Assembly (NCBI RefSeq): GCF_006345805.1
Contig: NW_021832221.1
Location: 279,001 to 312,000 of the forward strand
DNA length: 33,000 nt
DNA from: Octopus sinensis
Taxonomy: Eukaryota
Reading direction: 5' to 3'
Shown: positions 1-10,485 of the stretch, in pieces
Layout: every line of letters starts with the position of its first letter
How positions within the stretch are numbered: the stretch's first letter is position 1
The notes under the pieces: model-generated
Databases searched by the model: none
What the model saw: the letters and a program-made list of their open reading frames with translations, nothing else
Told to the model about the DNA's origin: nothing
Made by a program: the position numbers and the translations under genes

Positions 1-3000
1 ATAAAATTTTGTCGAAAAAATCGAATAAATTCTCACGATGCTATTGTGCGGCAATTTTTTTTGGAATTTGAGTTAATCGAGCAATGGTGTTTACTCCCGG
101 TAGTTTTCTGGGACTCTCGTGATCAAAAAGTACGGAGACAACTGTTTAGTCTACGGAGTCACAAAAGAATTATGAATATTCCAAAATATATTGATCCTGA
201 GTTGCAAAACTTTTTTGTTAGAGCTGGAATACCTCAGCCTGACAAATCGAAAATAAAGTTATGGTTTTACAGAAAATTAACGCCGGACATTGATAATCCT
301 CGCCATTTCGAACAACTTTTAAAAATGCTTGGTCGAAGCGAAACTGCACCAGAGGGAATGGAATTAGCCGCTTTTTGGAAATTCATCTTAAAGATTTACG
401 GCCAAGTAAAAGACAAAGAATTTTTATTGAAATTACTCCTCCAACTTAAAATCTATCAACTTTATAATGGAAAATTGACTTCCCTTGAATACCAAGAAGT
501 GTTTATTTGTTCAGAAAATGATGTACCTGATACTGAATCCGATTCATGGTGTTACTATGAAGGGAAGGCTCTCCTTGCTGCCAGCATGATGGATTACGCA
601 AGAATTTTAAAAAGACTAAACTGCAAATTCATTTCAAAAATCGAAATCTATACGAAATTTGTACTTATCCGCTTCAAAACTATGTCTCAATCAGCACAGT
701 TGAACCATTTTCGTTATATAATAAATTTGATAACAACAAACGCATTAGATTCTGAAATGAAAAATTTCATGGAATTTATTTCCACGATTCCATTAGTACG
801 AAACAGTAAAGAGGAAATGATTATTGTTAAGGATCTTTATGATCCAGAAAATCAAAATCTAGTCAATATGTCACTTATTTTCCCAAATATTCGATTTCCA
901 AACAAAGAGTACTGCTCTTTCGAATTTCTGACTTTTTTAAGAAAACTCGGTCTTATGAATAAACTGCCTGTATGTGTTATAATGCAAATTGGAAACATCT
1001 TAAAAACAATTTACTTAAATTCTCCAACTGAACAAACCATTCTTTTAAGCAAAAGTCTTTATGAATGTTGTTTACAGTCATTTACCGGCAATGTAGATTT
1101 CAAAAATATTGGGGAAATATGCTTTTTGCCGAAATATAATGTAATTCAACAATTGACTCAAATACATCTTCCATTAAACACTGAATCTCGGTCTTTAAAT
1201 CTATGCCATTCAGGGCTGGCCGCGGACAGTTCATTAATATGGACTGTTTTGTCTGTACTGCCAGAATGGATTGAAGAAACTGACGAAACACGCCAATTCC
1301 TCAAAGTCACAGGAGTTGTGTACAAATTGACACCAGAACTTGTAGTAGCCAATCTCTGCAATGTTGCAAAAAATATTACTAAGTGTAATCATAATTTTGA
1401 AGACGTTTGTACAGTTTTATTTAAAATATTTTCATTTTTATCAAAATCTCAACTTGGAGACTCATTAATTAAAATTTTGAGAGACCTTCAAATCATTCCA
1501 ACCAATTCTAAACTATTTGTTAAGCCATCAAAAGCAGTATTTAATATCCACACATTTTATGAAATCCCTTATTATTTAGAGACAGTAAATTTACATTTTT
1601 TTGGATTTATTGAATTATTTGAACGCATTGGTGTGTGTTATTTTCCGAATATATCAACATTTGCTAAAATATTGTCTGAACTCGCGACTAAAAATATCAG
1701 TCTTAATGCCAACAATTTAATATATGCTGTTAGAGCGACCAAAGGGCTGTTTTTTGAATTATTGGAAAGATTTGATGACTCGGTCACTGAGATTATTGAA
1801 ACTATTTCCGATGGATTATATCTTCCCACTCGTAGAGGCACATTAGAGATTTCTTCTGATCTTGTATACGTTGACGACATAAGTTTGTTGAAAAGACTGA
1901 AAGGAATTGATTGCTCAATTTTGCTTACCCACAAAGAACTAGAAATGGATTGGGAATCGTTTTTGAATTCCATTCTAAAAATTCCAATAAAATGGCGACC
2001 AAAGCCTGTTTCAGATGTAATCTTTGAACAAATAGAATTAAACTCGTTGAATTTGCGGCCAAGATCTGACGAGGAGGGATTTTCTGGTCTTATCCAATCT
2101 CGTCTCAAATCTGAACGCTTTCTTTCAGGAATTTCAAAAATTATATTTGCAGTCGATACTGAATGTTTGAGAACATCGTCATCAAGTGATATAGAACGAT
2201 ACAAACAAAAAATCCATTCCGTTGAGATTCTTTCGTTGTTCAATGTAACTACCAACATACATTACCGTGACAAGATTGTTTCAAACTCTGAGTACAGCTA
2301 TGACTGTTTTTATCAAGAAAGGCATAATTCACATCCTGTGATATATATAAAACATCACTTATTGTCCGAAAAACGTGTAATTGTTGCTCTAGCCTCAATT
2401 TTGGATAAAATTTGTGATTTTCAGCTTACTCCAAAAAAAGAACTTGTTGTTCACATTTTAACATGCCCAATATATGACATCGAGCGAGAATTGAACTACC
2501 TTCTTTTAACGGACATTGGAGAACAAATGAATCCAAATCCCACTCCTGGAATGCATATTCCGAACTCTCAGCTTGGTAATTTATCTAGAAACTGTCGAAT
2601 GTATCGAAAAAATGAGTTTGTCGCTATTTATGTCAAACATGATCTCGTATATGGGCGAATAGTAGATCAGATCGGAGAAAACGTCTTCACAGTGAGAATT
2701 GGATCTAAGTCTAGTGATGTTGTAAAATATGATATTGAACAATTATTAAAAATATCTGATGAGAAAATTAAAGAACAATATCTACCAAAAATGAATGAAA
2801 GTACTAAAAATTTTGAGCAAAATGAATGTAAAAAATTTCACGAAACTGCTTCGAAAAATGACGTATGTAACAGAAATGAAATATTTAACGAAACAAAATA
2901 TCAAAATGCTCAACGACATGCCAGTTTTAGTCATACAGCCAGCAAGACTTATTCTTTTAAAAGGTCAAGTGTAAATTCGAATAAAAAACCCGAAACCTTC

Positions 3001-3866
3001 GAGACAATTCTCCCCGATTCAGACCAGAATTCGGAAAAATTTAGTTTAGATTTTGAAAGCATTAAACAGAAAATAAAAAGGAAAATAAGCGAGGCCACAC
3101 AAATGTCTTATGAAAAGCGGAAAAAACTGATTAAAAAACTTCTTTTGAAATGGCATCCAGATAAAAATCCTGGACATTCTGAACTTTGTACTGCAGTTTT
3201 TCAAACAATTCAAGTCGAAATTGAGGCTAACCATTTATTTGACACTTCTAAAAAAAATCCTTGGGAATACATGGGGTTTTCTTGTTGGGACAAGTTCTAC
3301 GAGTTTGTAAAAAAGAAAGCCCAGTCAAAGGAAAATTGTTTCACAGAATGTTCACAGAAAGTAAATGAATGTATTAATTTTCAATAGGAATCCAAAGCTA
3401 AAAAAAATAGTTCTGAATCAAGCGACATATCTCATTCAAAATCAAAAACATGGCTTTTACAGGCTAAAGCTGACATAAAAACTGCGTCGACAGTCGACTT
3501 TTCCCAAACGAGATCATTTGAGTGGATGTCGTACATTGCCTGTCAGGTTAACAATTTTTCTTTAAAAATTGACAGGCTGCAGAAAAAGCTATAAAAGCAG
3601 TTTATTTCAAGCTTTCTAAAAGTCGAAAAGTTGATCACTTGACAAATTTATCGGTTATACTTTTTGAAATCAGAGATGAAAAACTTTCTGAATATGCAAA
3701 ACTATTGGATCAGGCTACTTTTCGTAACGCCAGAGAACTCTATCCTAACAATTTATCTACGCCTCATGAAGTTGCCACCCCTCAATCTGGCGAGATGGCA
3801 GTCCAACTGGCTATCAAAATTATTAAATATGTCGAAAGCACGTTTTTTGAAACACGTGACCAATAA
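1..3866 (+). CDS. SACS: Sacsin-like protein, 3' part (5' end outside window): sacsin body, DnaJ domain, C-terminal HEPN domain. Exons <1-3360, 3388-3546, 3576-3866
   Basis: Frame 1 is open from base 1. The J-domain has a WHPDKNP motif (KKLIKKLLLKWHPDKNPGHSELCTAVFQ). Removing GT-AG introns 3361-3387 (27 nt) and 3547-3575 (29 nt) gives an in-frame HEPN domain: WLLQAKADIKTA...FEWMSYIACQ|AAEKAIKA...LYPNNLSTPHEV. DnaJ followed by HEPN is the sacsin C-terminal architecture. Confidence 0.88.
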
Positions 3867-4718
3867 AGACTATTTAACTAATCTAAATTAAACAATTAAA
3901 AATTTTGTTAATTAATAGATTTTTTTATGCTAATAAATTTTTTTTTATTTTAATTACTAAATTAGTGTATGTAAAGCAGAAGAACTGATGGCGATCCAGT
4001 TTCCCCTCACTATTGCTTGGGACACGTTCTAGAGGAGCCATCTCGTCTCCAGAGGATTGTGTGTTCTAATAGATTGAACAAAATTTATAATAAATCTTAG
4101 TTAAATTCATCTAATTTAAAAAAATAAGTGATAAAATCTTCTAAATTGACAGCTCCCAACATTTGTCATGATAAATTGTAAATGAAGAGTATAATATTGT
4201 AAAATCCATCCTCGAAGGAGAAGAACTGAATATATTATCTTGTTTGAGGTATAAACTAAAAAAGGCTAAAAATTGTTTTAATAGACCGGAAGCTTTATCT
4301 TAAAGATTTTTTTATCTAATCACAGGCTTGTTATTGCTTCAACCAACAAATAGGAGATGCGGACAATTGCAGAAGAAAGGCTGAAAAATCACACGACATT
4401 TTCATGGCCCTTGCAGATATTTTCAGTTCTCTTCAATTAAAAAAATTTTACATCCGTATGGAGGTCCAGTAGATATTGCCGAGTATTTGTCTAAAAATTT
4501 TGTAAAAGTGGGTCTATTAAGAATGTTCATTTAAAGCGACTAAAAAAATTCAAAACGACTTTAAATAATTAATTTGTTTAAAAAACTTTAGATAATAGTT
4601 AAACAAATTTTAACAAGACCGTAGAATTTATTATCGGAAAATGTAAAAAAAATCATAAATTTAATTTTTTTTAATTGTATGAACGACAACTTATTCCAAA
4701 TTCGAAATTTATGTTATA

Positions 4719-5310
4719 CAGTCAAACCCCTCTAAACCGACTCTTTGGTATACCGGAATTCCCTCAAAATCGGACTAAACTCCTGGTTCCGATTCATTTG
4801 ATAGAACATCACTGCTATACCATCTTTGATATACCGGATCTCATTTATTCCGAATACCGGCCGTATTTTGCGGTCCCAACTTGAATTTTCGAGAATCCAA
4901 TGACAGAAAAAGAATTTGTCAAGTTAGATTTGGAATTAACCACTGAAAATCCAAAAGATTGCGATCAACATACCAAACAGTTTCAGATTCTTAAGATAAT
5001 GACTCAGATTCTGATAAGCAAACAGAGCCAAAACATTTAGAGAAATTAACACCCAAAATGTTAACCAAATACAGACAATCTGTGCACTGTTTACTGTCAA
5101 TCTCGTCAATAGGCTGATCTATCTGAACAATAAAGCGATTCCTGAATTGAAGCTAAATACGATGCAACTTATTGACAGATTTTTATTAAGTTTACTGTTT
5201 CAATTTTTCCCTATAAGTAAATTTAATGACTTGTTCAATACATCGGCCTTCCATCTATACTGGACAATTCTGTCGGTCCCGAGAGAAATCATTTTAACGG
5301 GGTTTGACTG
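4719..5310. mobile_element. Non-autonomous or decayed pogo/Tigger-like Tc1/mariner DNA transposon (592 bp)
   Basis: Terminal inverted repeats CAGTCAAACCCCTCTAAA (from 4719) and the reverse complement of the 5310 end, CAGTCAAACCCCGTTAAA, match 16/18. Both ends are flanked by TA (4717-4718, 5311-5312). An internal remnant reads KLNTMQLIDRFL, resembling the Tigger transposase C-terminal tail. There is no intact transposase. Confidence 0.75.
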
Positions 5311-5748
5311 TACCAGTATTGGAACGAAGATCAATCGCCGTAATTGTAAATTGAAAACGGTCAATTATCACGGAACACAATATGCAACTGACTACCGAAA
5401 ATATCATAATTAATTATTGAGAACTTTAATTGAATTTTGGCTGAAAATTGAAGAGAGTTGAAATTGCATTTGTGTTTCTTATAAAGAGCTCACGAAACGT
5501 AAAAATACCGATTTGAACTTCAAGGTCAAAATCGCTTAAAGAAACCGAAAGTGTTTATTTCTTAAGAATTCTTAGCGATCTAGCCACATAGTGGAAGGAT
5601 AAAGAAAAGAAGATTACAATAGTCAATTAAAAACTACATTAAGACTAGTGTTACTTTTTCTTGTTAAAAATAATAAATGTTATTTTTTAATTATTTTTTG
5701 AATAATAAAATTTAAGTTTTAAAATTTAAATACAATATAATATTTACA

Positions 5749-6304
5749 ATGAACCGAAATAACAAAATATCTGAAGACGAGCTTACAGGTATTAAATTAA
5801 AATTTTTTTTAGTGTTTAAGGAAGTTTTCTCCTTATTTGACAAAGATTGTGACGGTACGATTACCTTTGGCGAACTCAAACACGTTATTCGGGCACTTGG
5901 ACACACTGTTACCGAAGAAGAATATGAAGAATTTATCAAAGAACCTTATTTCGCTGGTATTCGAACATTTGAGAATTCTAGTCAAGAAAAATTTCAATTT
6001 TACTGAATTTATTGATCTTATGTCAGCTAAATTTGTTCCTAAAAATTTTGAAGAATCAATTCGTGAAGCATTTCAGTATTTTGATAGCGCAAACGAGGGG
6101 CAGATTTCTTCAGATCAGTTGGAGAAGGCAATGCTCAAACTAGATGTTAATTTTTCAACCGAATGTGCTCAAAAAATGATCAAAGAGATAGACCTTGATA
6201 ATGATGGCTTTGTCGATATTGAAGGTTATGCTAAATTATTTAATTTAACAGAATTCATTTCTCTTTTAAAGATTAAAAAATTAAAATGTCAGTATTGGCG
6301 TTAA
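5749..6304 (+). CDS. Calmodulin/centrin-like EF-hand protein, 159 aa, 3 micro-introns
   Basis: Introns 5789-5812 (24 nt), 5957-5981 (25 nt) and 6225-6251 (27 nt); spliced length is 480 nt. EF1 ([12 protein letters not shown]) and EF4 ([12 protein letters not shown]) are canonical, EF2 and EF3 are degenerate. FKEVFSLFD and IREAFQYFD helices are present. Confidence 0.85.
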
Positions 6305-6714
6305 TTCAATTAATATGAACTTTTTAATCAATTTATTAAACAACTTACTGCATATTTGCATGACTTTCTATCGATAAAGTGATTGTTTGCATGCCATATT
6401 GATAAAACAAGCGTGGATGCCACCTAGGACATAAAACGTAGGACTATGAAGAGTGATATGTTCAAGGTTATTATCAGAATCCAAAAATTTTTTTGTAAAA
6501 AGTACATTAAAGTCAGAAAGGATTTTTATATATTAATGTAGACCAATCCAGATTAAGAGAGTTTTTATTCCGTAGGCAATTGCAAGTCGAAGGGTAAAAT
6601 TCTTAGAAAATAATTTACGATAAACGTGAATGTTTAAAATGTAAACACGGTGACGGCAATGCTACTAATTTTAGTAAAAATGATGACAAAATTCCAAATG
6701 TTAAAATATATCGA

Positions 6715-8756
6715 TAATTCTAAAATAATTTGCTTTATTTAACTGATTTAGAAATCAATATAATTAAATGTGATGAAGTTAGTTAGAGGACTTCCCCGCT
6801 TCGTAGATGGAGAAACAGTTTCCTCGTACGATGGCAAGGGAAATCCTCTGAAAAAGGATTGATGGAATTCCGGCAGCATTGAGACCCCTCAAGACAACGT
6901 CATTTAAGGCTGTGTGGCGTGGTGCCCGCCCAGCACTGCGTCTGCAGGAAAGAGGGTGTAGTCCGTACTGGTCGATCATGGCCCCACAGCGGCACTTGTG
7001 AATTTCACAGATCTTCAAACCGAGACGCAGAGAAATAGCGACTCTGAGACAATCGCCGTCTAGTAGTGTCCCGATGTTCGGTAGGGAAAGGGCGTCAAGC
7101 CAGGCCCCACTGCCCGGACTGCAGCCCGCACGAAGACAGGCCAGCCTGTGCTGGTCGAAACTCTGAAGCAGGACAGAGGAGAGAGTGTCACAAGTGATCG
7201 AATCCCACTGACCCTGGACGGATGGGTCGGCAGGTCTTTTGGTATACGCAGAATCCCAAAGGGCGAGAGCGGCCACGTGATCAACTGACATTTTTCGTTC
7301 GGGGAGGTTTCTGAGAACGATGTCAGTGAGGGCACGGGATGATGCCAGGGACAAGAGGAAGGCAGGAAGAGCCAGATAAACGGGCGAACGAAGGCCAATC
7401 CCCCCGAGATTAACAGGCAGGGAAGATTGAAGCCACCCCAGAGCGTCGAAATGGATGTTGCACAGATACTCGGCTCCAGACTTCAAGATAGAATCGATAT
7501 CGGATAACAGATTAGGCATGCGAAAACAAGGAGAACTCCTTAGGGTGTACAAAAGCCTCGGAGTTGAGAAATAGTTACGCAGAAGAAAGAACCCGACGTG
7601 GGCATCAATGAGGGAAAGCCGTTCGATCATGTCTGACAGATTGCTTGGCTTGGCGATGAGCGTTTGTGAGAGGGCCTCGTGACCAATTGGCGAACCAAGG
7701 ATTACAAGGTCCTTTGTTTCTGATACCCGCGCGCCTTTTAGAATATGTTCCAGGGCGTCCAGAGTTTCGGCAAAAAAATCGGAAGGAATGTTCAGATTTA
7801 GGACTTCGGACTTGCTTGAGTTTATCTCCAGACCGATGGATGAAAGGGCCGGGATAATGCTCCGCAGGTCGTCTAAGACAGAGCGGGGAGGTCCACAAAT
7901 CGTCGCGTCGTCCAAGTACCAGATATTTACCGGAGAGCGGACAGAATGAGCGACGGAGTTGACACACATAGCAAATAGAAAAGGCCCCAGGGGATCTCCC
8001 TGTTGCACTCCGGTCGATGAGACGATAAAGGAATCGCCAAACAGGAGGAGGCTGGGTTGTGAGTACGAGAGGTGGACCAGAGGATAAGCGGAGGGGGCGA
8101 GAGAAAGGCAGGTCTCGAGCAAATGATCCCGTCTCACTGTGTTGAACGCATTTGATATGTCCAGTTTAACTAAAAGATATTCCAATGAAGAATCCATAAG
8201 TTCTCTTACGGCATGGGCAGCCGATTCACACCCTCCACTGACGTCGTCGCCCAATTGGGCTGGCAAAAATTTCGGGACCAACTCGGGGATCACAACGTGG
8301 CAAACGAGCTTTCCGGCCAATCTGCGGAAAACATTACCCACGGCGATCGGCCTGACCCCGTTATTTTTTTACCCAAAGCAGTGAGATTAGCCGAGAAGAA
8401 AATCGCCCGGGCAAAATCCGGTAAATTCCCACCGATAAGACGGTTACAGAGATTGGTGATAGATTCCAAGAGGAGACGGCCTGCCTCAGCAGTAAGAGGT
8501 GAAGTCAAGTCTTTAATGTGTCCGGGCTTCAGCCCATCTATACCCCCACTGCTGCTTGGGGAAAAACTTTTCAGTGCCTTCTCAACCTGTGAAGCGGTAA
8601 CCAGCAGTTGCGGAAGGGCGGTCGTATCGACAGCGGGTTGGGTGCGGGAGTTTACTGGAGGACTGGGGTGCTTGGATCTCAAATTAGACAATGCGGAAGG
8701 AGATAGAGACAAAAGCCGGTTAGAGGAGGCAACAAGTCTGACAGTCTAATTCTAAA
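6715..8756 (+). repeat. Candidate 10-bp target-site duplication (TAATTCTAAA at 6715-6724 and 8747-8756)
   Basis: An identical 10-mer sits where RT homology stops at the 5' end and about 55 nt past the stop codon, just after AATAAA, at the 3' end. It is AT-rich, so a chance match is not excluded. Confidence 0.55.
6725..8746 (-). mobile_element. CRE-clade (RLE-type) non-LTR retrotransposon, 5'-truncated, one frameshift, endonuclease core deleted
   Basis: ORFs 8290-8712 and 6779-8341 join across a T7 run (8364-8370) to restore ALGKK(N)NGVRPIAVGNVFRRL. RT motifs LDISNAFN, QQGDPLGPFLF and WYLDD are present, as are QSSLPVNLGGIGLR, the CCHC knuckle CRCG-x6-GLHPLSC and the CRE C-terminal FQRISLAIVRGN. 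GC content is clearly higher than in the flanks. The direct repeat TAATTCTAAA lies at 6715-6724 and 8747-8756. Confidence 0.9.
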
Positions 8757-9345
8757 TATAAAAAAACTTCCTCCTTCTATACGACAAAAGTAAAGTTTGT
8801 AATTTTGTCCAAATAAAATGATTTTAAAACAAAACGGAAATAAGTTATGAGAGAAATATAACTTACTATTATTACCAAAAATTACTCTTTTCAATCTGGG
8901 GTGGTTACAAAATCAACACAATGAGCGTAAAATGCCCAATAAGGAATCTTATTATTATAGAACATTTCGTAGAACCACGAACAGAGTCATAGTCCCACAC
9001 ATGCCACACACGATACGACTTTCTTAACCATAGTTATTTAACTTCCGCGGTTTTGAGCTTACCTGTAGAGTTTATCCAGTCAATACAGTTATTTTAGGTT
9101 TTTTCCGCGCGTATCTCATAGGGAAATTTTTCATGAAGAATCTTGAATCATATAAAACAGTTAAAACAATCTTGTTATCAAAATAAGTGAGGTCAGAAAA
9201 ATAAAAACTGCATTAATAAAAAATCGGGATTATTGCGCAACTTAGTTGCACAATAGAATTGCGAAATAAAAATAATTATTGAGATTTATTGAAATGAAAA
9301 AACACACCATTGAAAATAAGAAATGAATAAACAAGTAAATTGAAT

Positions 9346-10050
9346 TTACTTTCTGGCAAATGTCGGTGTTTGAGGATCAGTTAGACTGGGAACACGCACA
9401 CTCGGAAGCTATCGAAAATACAAATAACACAAACTTTAGCCTTCTGATACAACGACCTGGGAACAGGTCTGGCCTTGTAAACCGTGCTGGCACGGTCAAC
9501 ATTAGTGGACTCTACCACCACACGAGAATGATTTGGTCGCGACTCTATCTGTTTCAATTCGTCTGGGCGTTGTAAAATGCGTCGATTGATTGGGTTAGCC
9601 TTGAACTTTTTGCTGACTTTGTAGAACAACTAAGAACCTCGCCTCCTCCTCTTCCAGTTGCTTGGTGCTCTTCACGGGGTCCCGTCTTATTCGAGTAGAG
9701 AAATTGAATTCTTTTGGCACAGTCAAATCTGAACTGTGCTTAGTGCGGGAGTCTACACTGATTATAAACATTCCTACAATTTCTGAAGGAGAGGACAAAG
9801 TCCTGGTTGCGCTGTGCATCCGATACAAATGTTTTATGTGTGTTTTGCTAATTTTAAATTTTGTTTTATTTTACTTTTGTGTTCTGTTCTCTATTTCCAG
9901 TGTTCAACTTCTTGAAAGAATTCCTGAATTATATATATTAATAGACTAACGATTTGCTAGAAGTCGAGAGATTGTCTTGAGACTCTTTGTTGTCTAAATA
10001 TATGAGAAGAATTCACTACTCGTTCTCTTGTGCCTTTTCTCACTCAACAT
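9346..10050 (-). CDS. TPX2: Miniature TPX2-like spindle assembly factor, 182 aa, 6 micro-introns
   Basis: Six GT-AG introns (26, 27, 27, 25, 25, 26 nt; e.g. 9613-9637) give a 549-nt open frame from ATG 10050 to TAA 9346. It has TPX2-type repeats DLTVPKEFNFSTR, KFKANPINRRIL, YKARPVP and LTDPQTPTFA. Confidence 0.75.
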
Positions 10051-10485
10051 CAAAATAAATCAACGCCGCCTTTTGATATTTTATTTAAAAATAATTAATT
10101 GATAAAATAGTTAAGTATGAGTAATAAATTTAATTTATTCCTTCATAATCCATATATCCAGTTTTTATGTTTCAGATAGTTCTTCATCAAACAAATGCTA
10201 CCGTTTTAAAGTAATATTAATTATACTGCAAAAGGTCGATAAAATTATTTCTAAACGATAGGAGAGGGAGGCTTTGGTTTTCCAGAGGATTTTAGTAAAT
10301 TGCAGGTTTCAAAGCAAATCCGATTCTCTACTTGGAGAATAAATAGATTTTGTTAAAAAACTAGTTATCAAGAAATTTGTGTTATATATTAATTATTTAT
10401 TTATTGTGGGAAGCCAAAATATTGAAAATAATAAAATGTCAGTAGCCAAACAACAATTCCAGTAAATCAATTCTCCATTTTCAAA

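Noticed and set aside
1100-3234. Minus-strand ORFs 1100-1291, 1158-1361, 1638-2258 and 3046-3234
   Set aside because: They are antisense shadows of the sacsin ORF with no recognisable motifs.
1-3866. HEPN domain plus nearby RT as a prokaryotic defence system (retron, CRISPR or toxin-antitoxin)
   Set aside because: The context is eukaryotic with spliceosomal introns, the HEPN is the normal sacsin C-terminus, and the RT is a non-LTR retrotransposon. I saw no repeat-spacer array.
7060-8749. Alternative-frame and antisense ORFs inside the retrotransposon
   Set aside because: They are by-products of the GC-richer RT coding sequence.
9231-9255. 11-bp hairpin (one G.U pair on the minus strand, 3-nt loop) about 90 nt past the TPX2 stop
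   Set aside because: It is about chance level for 33 kb of AT-rich DNA, and there is no second copy or known RNA motif.
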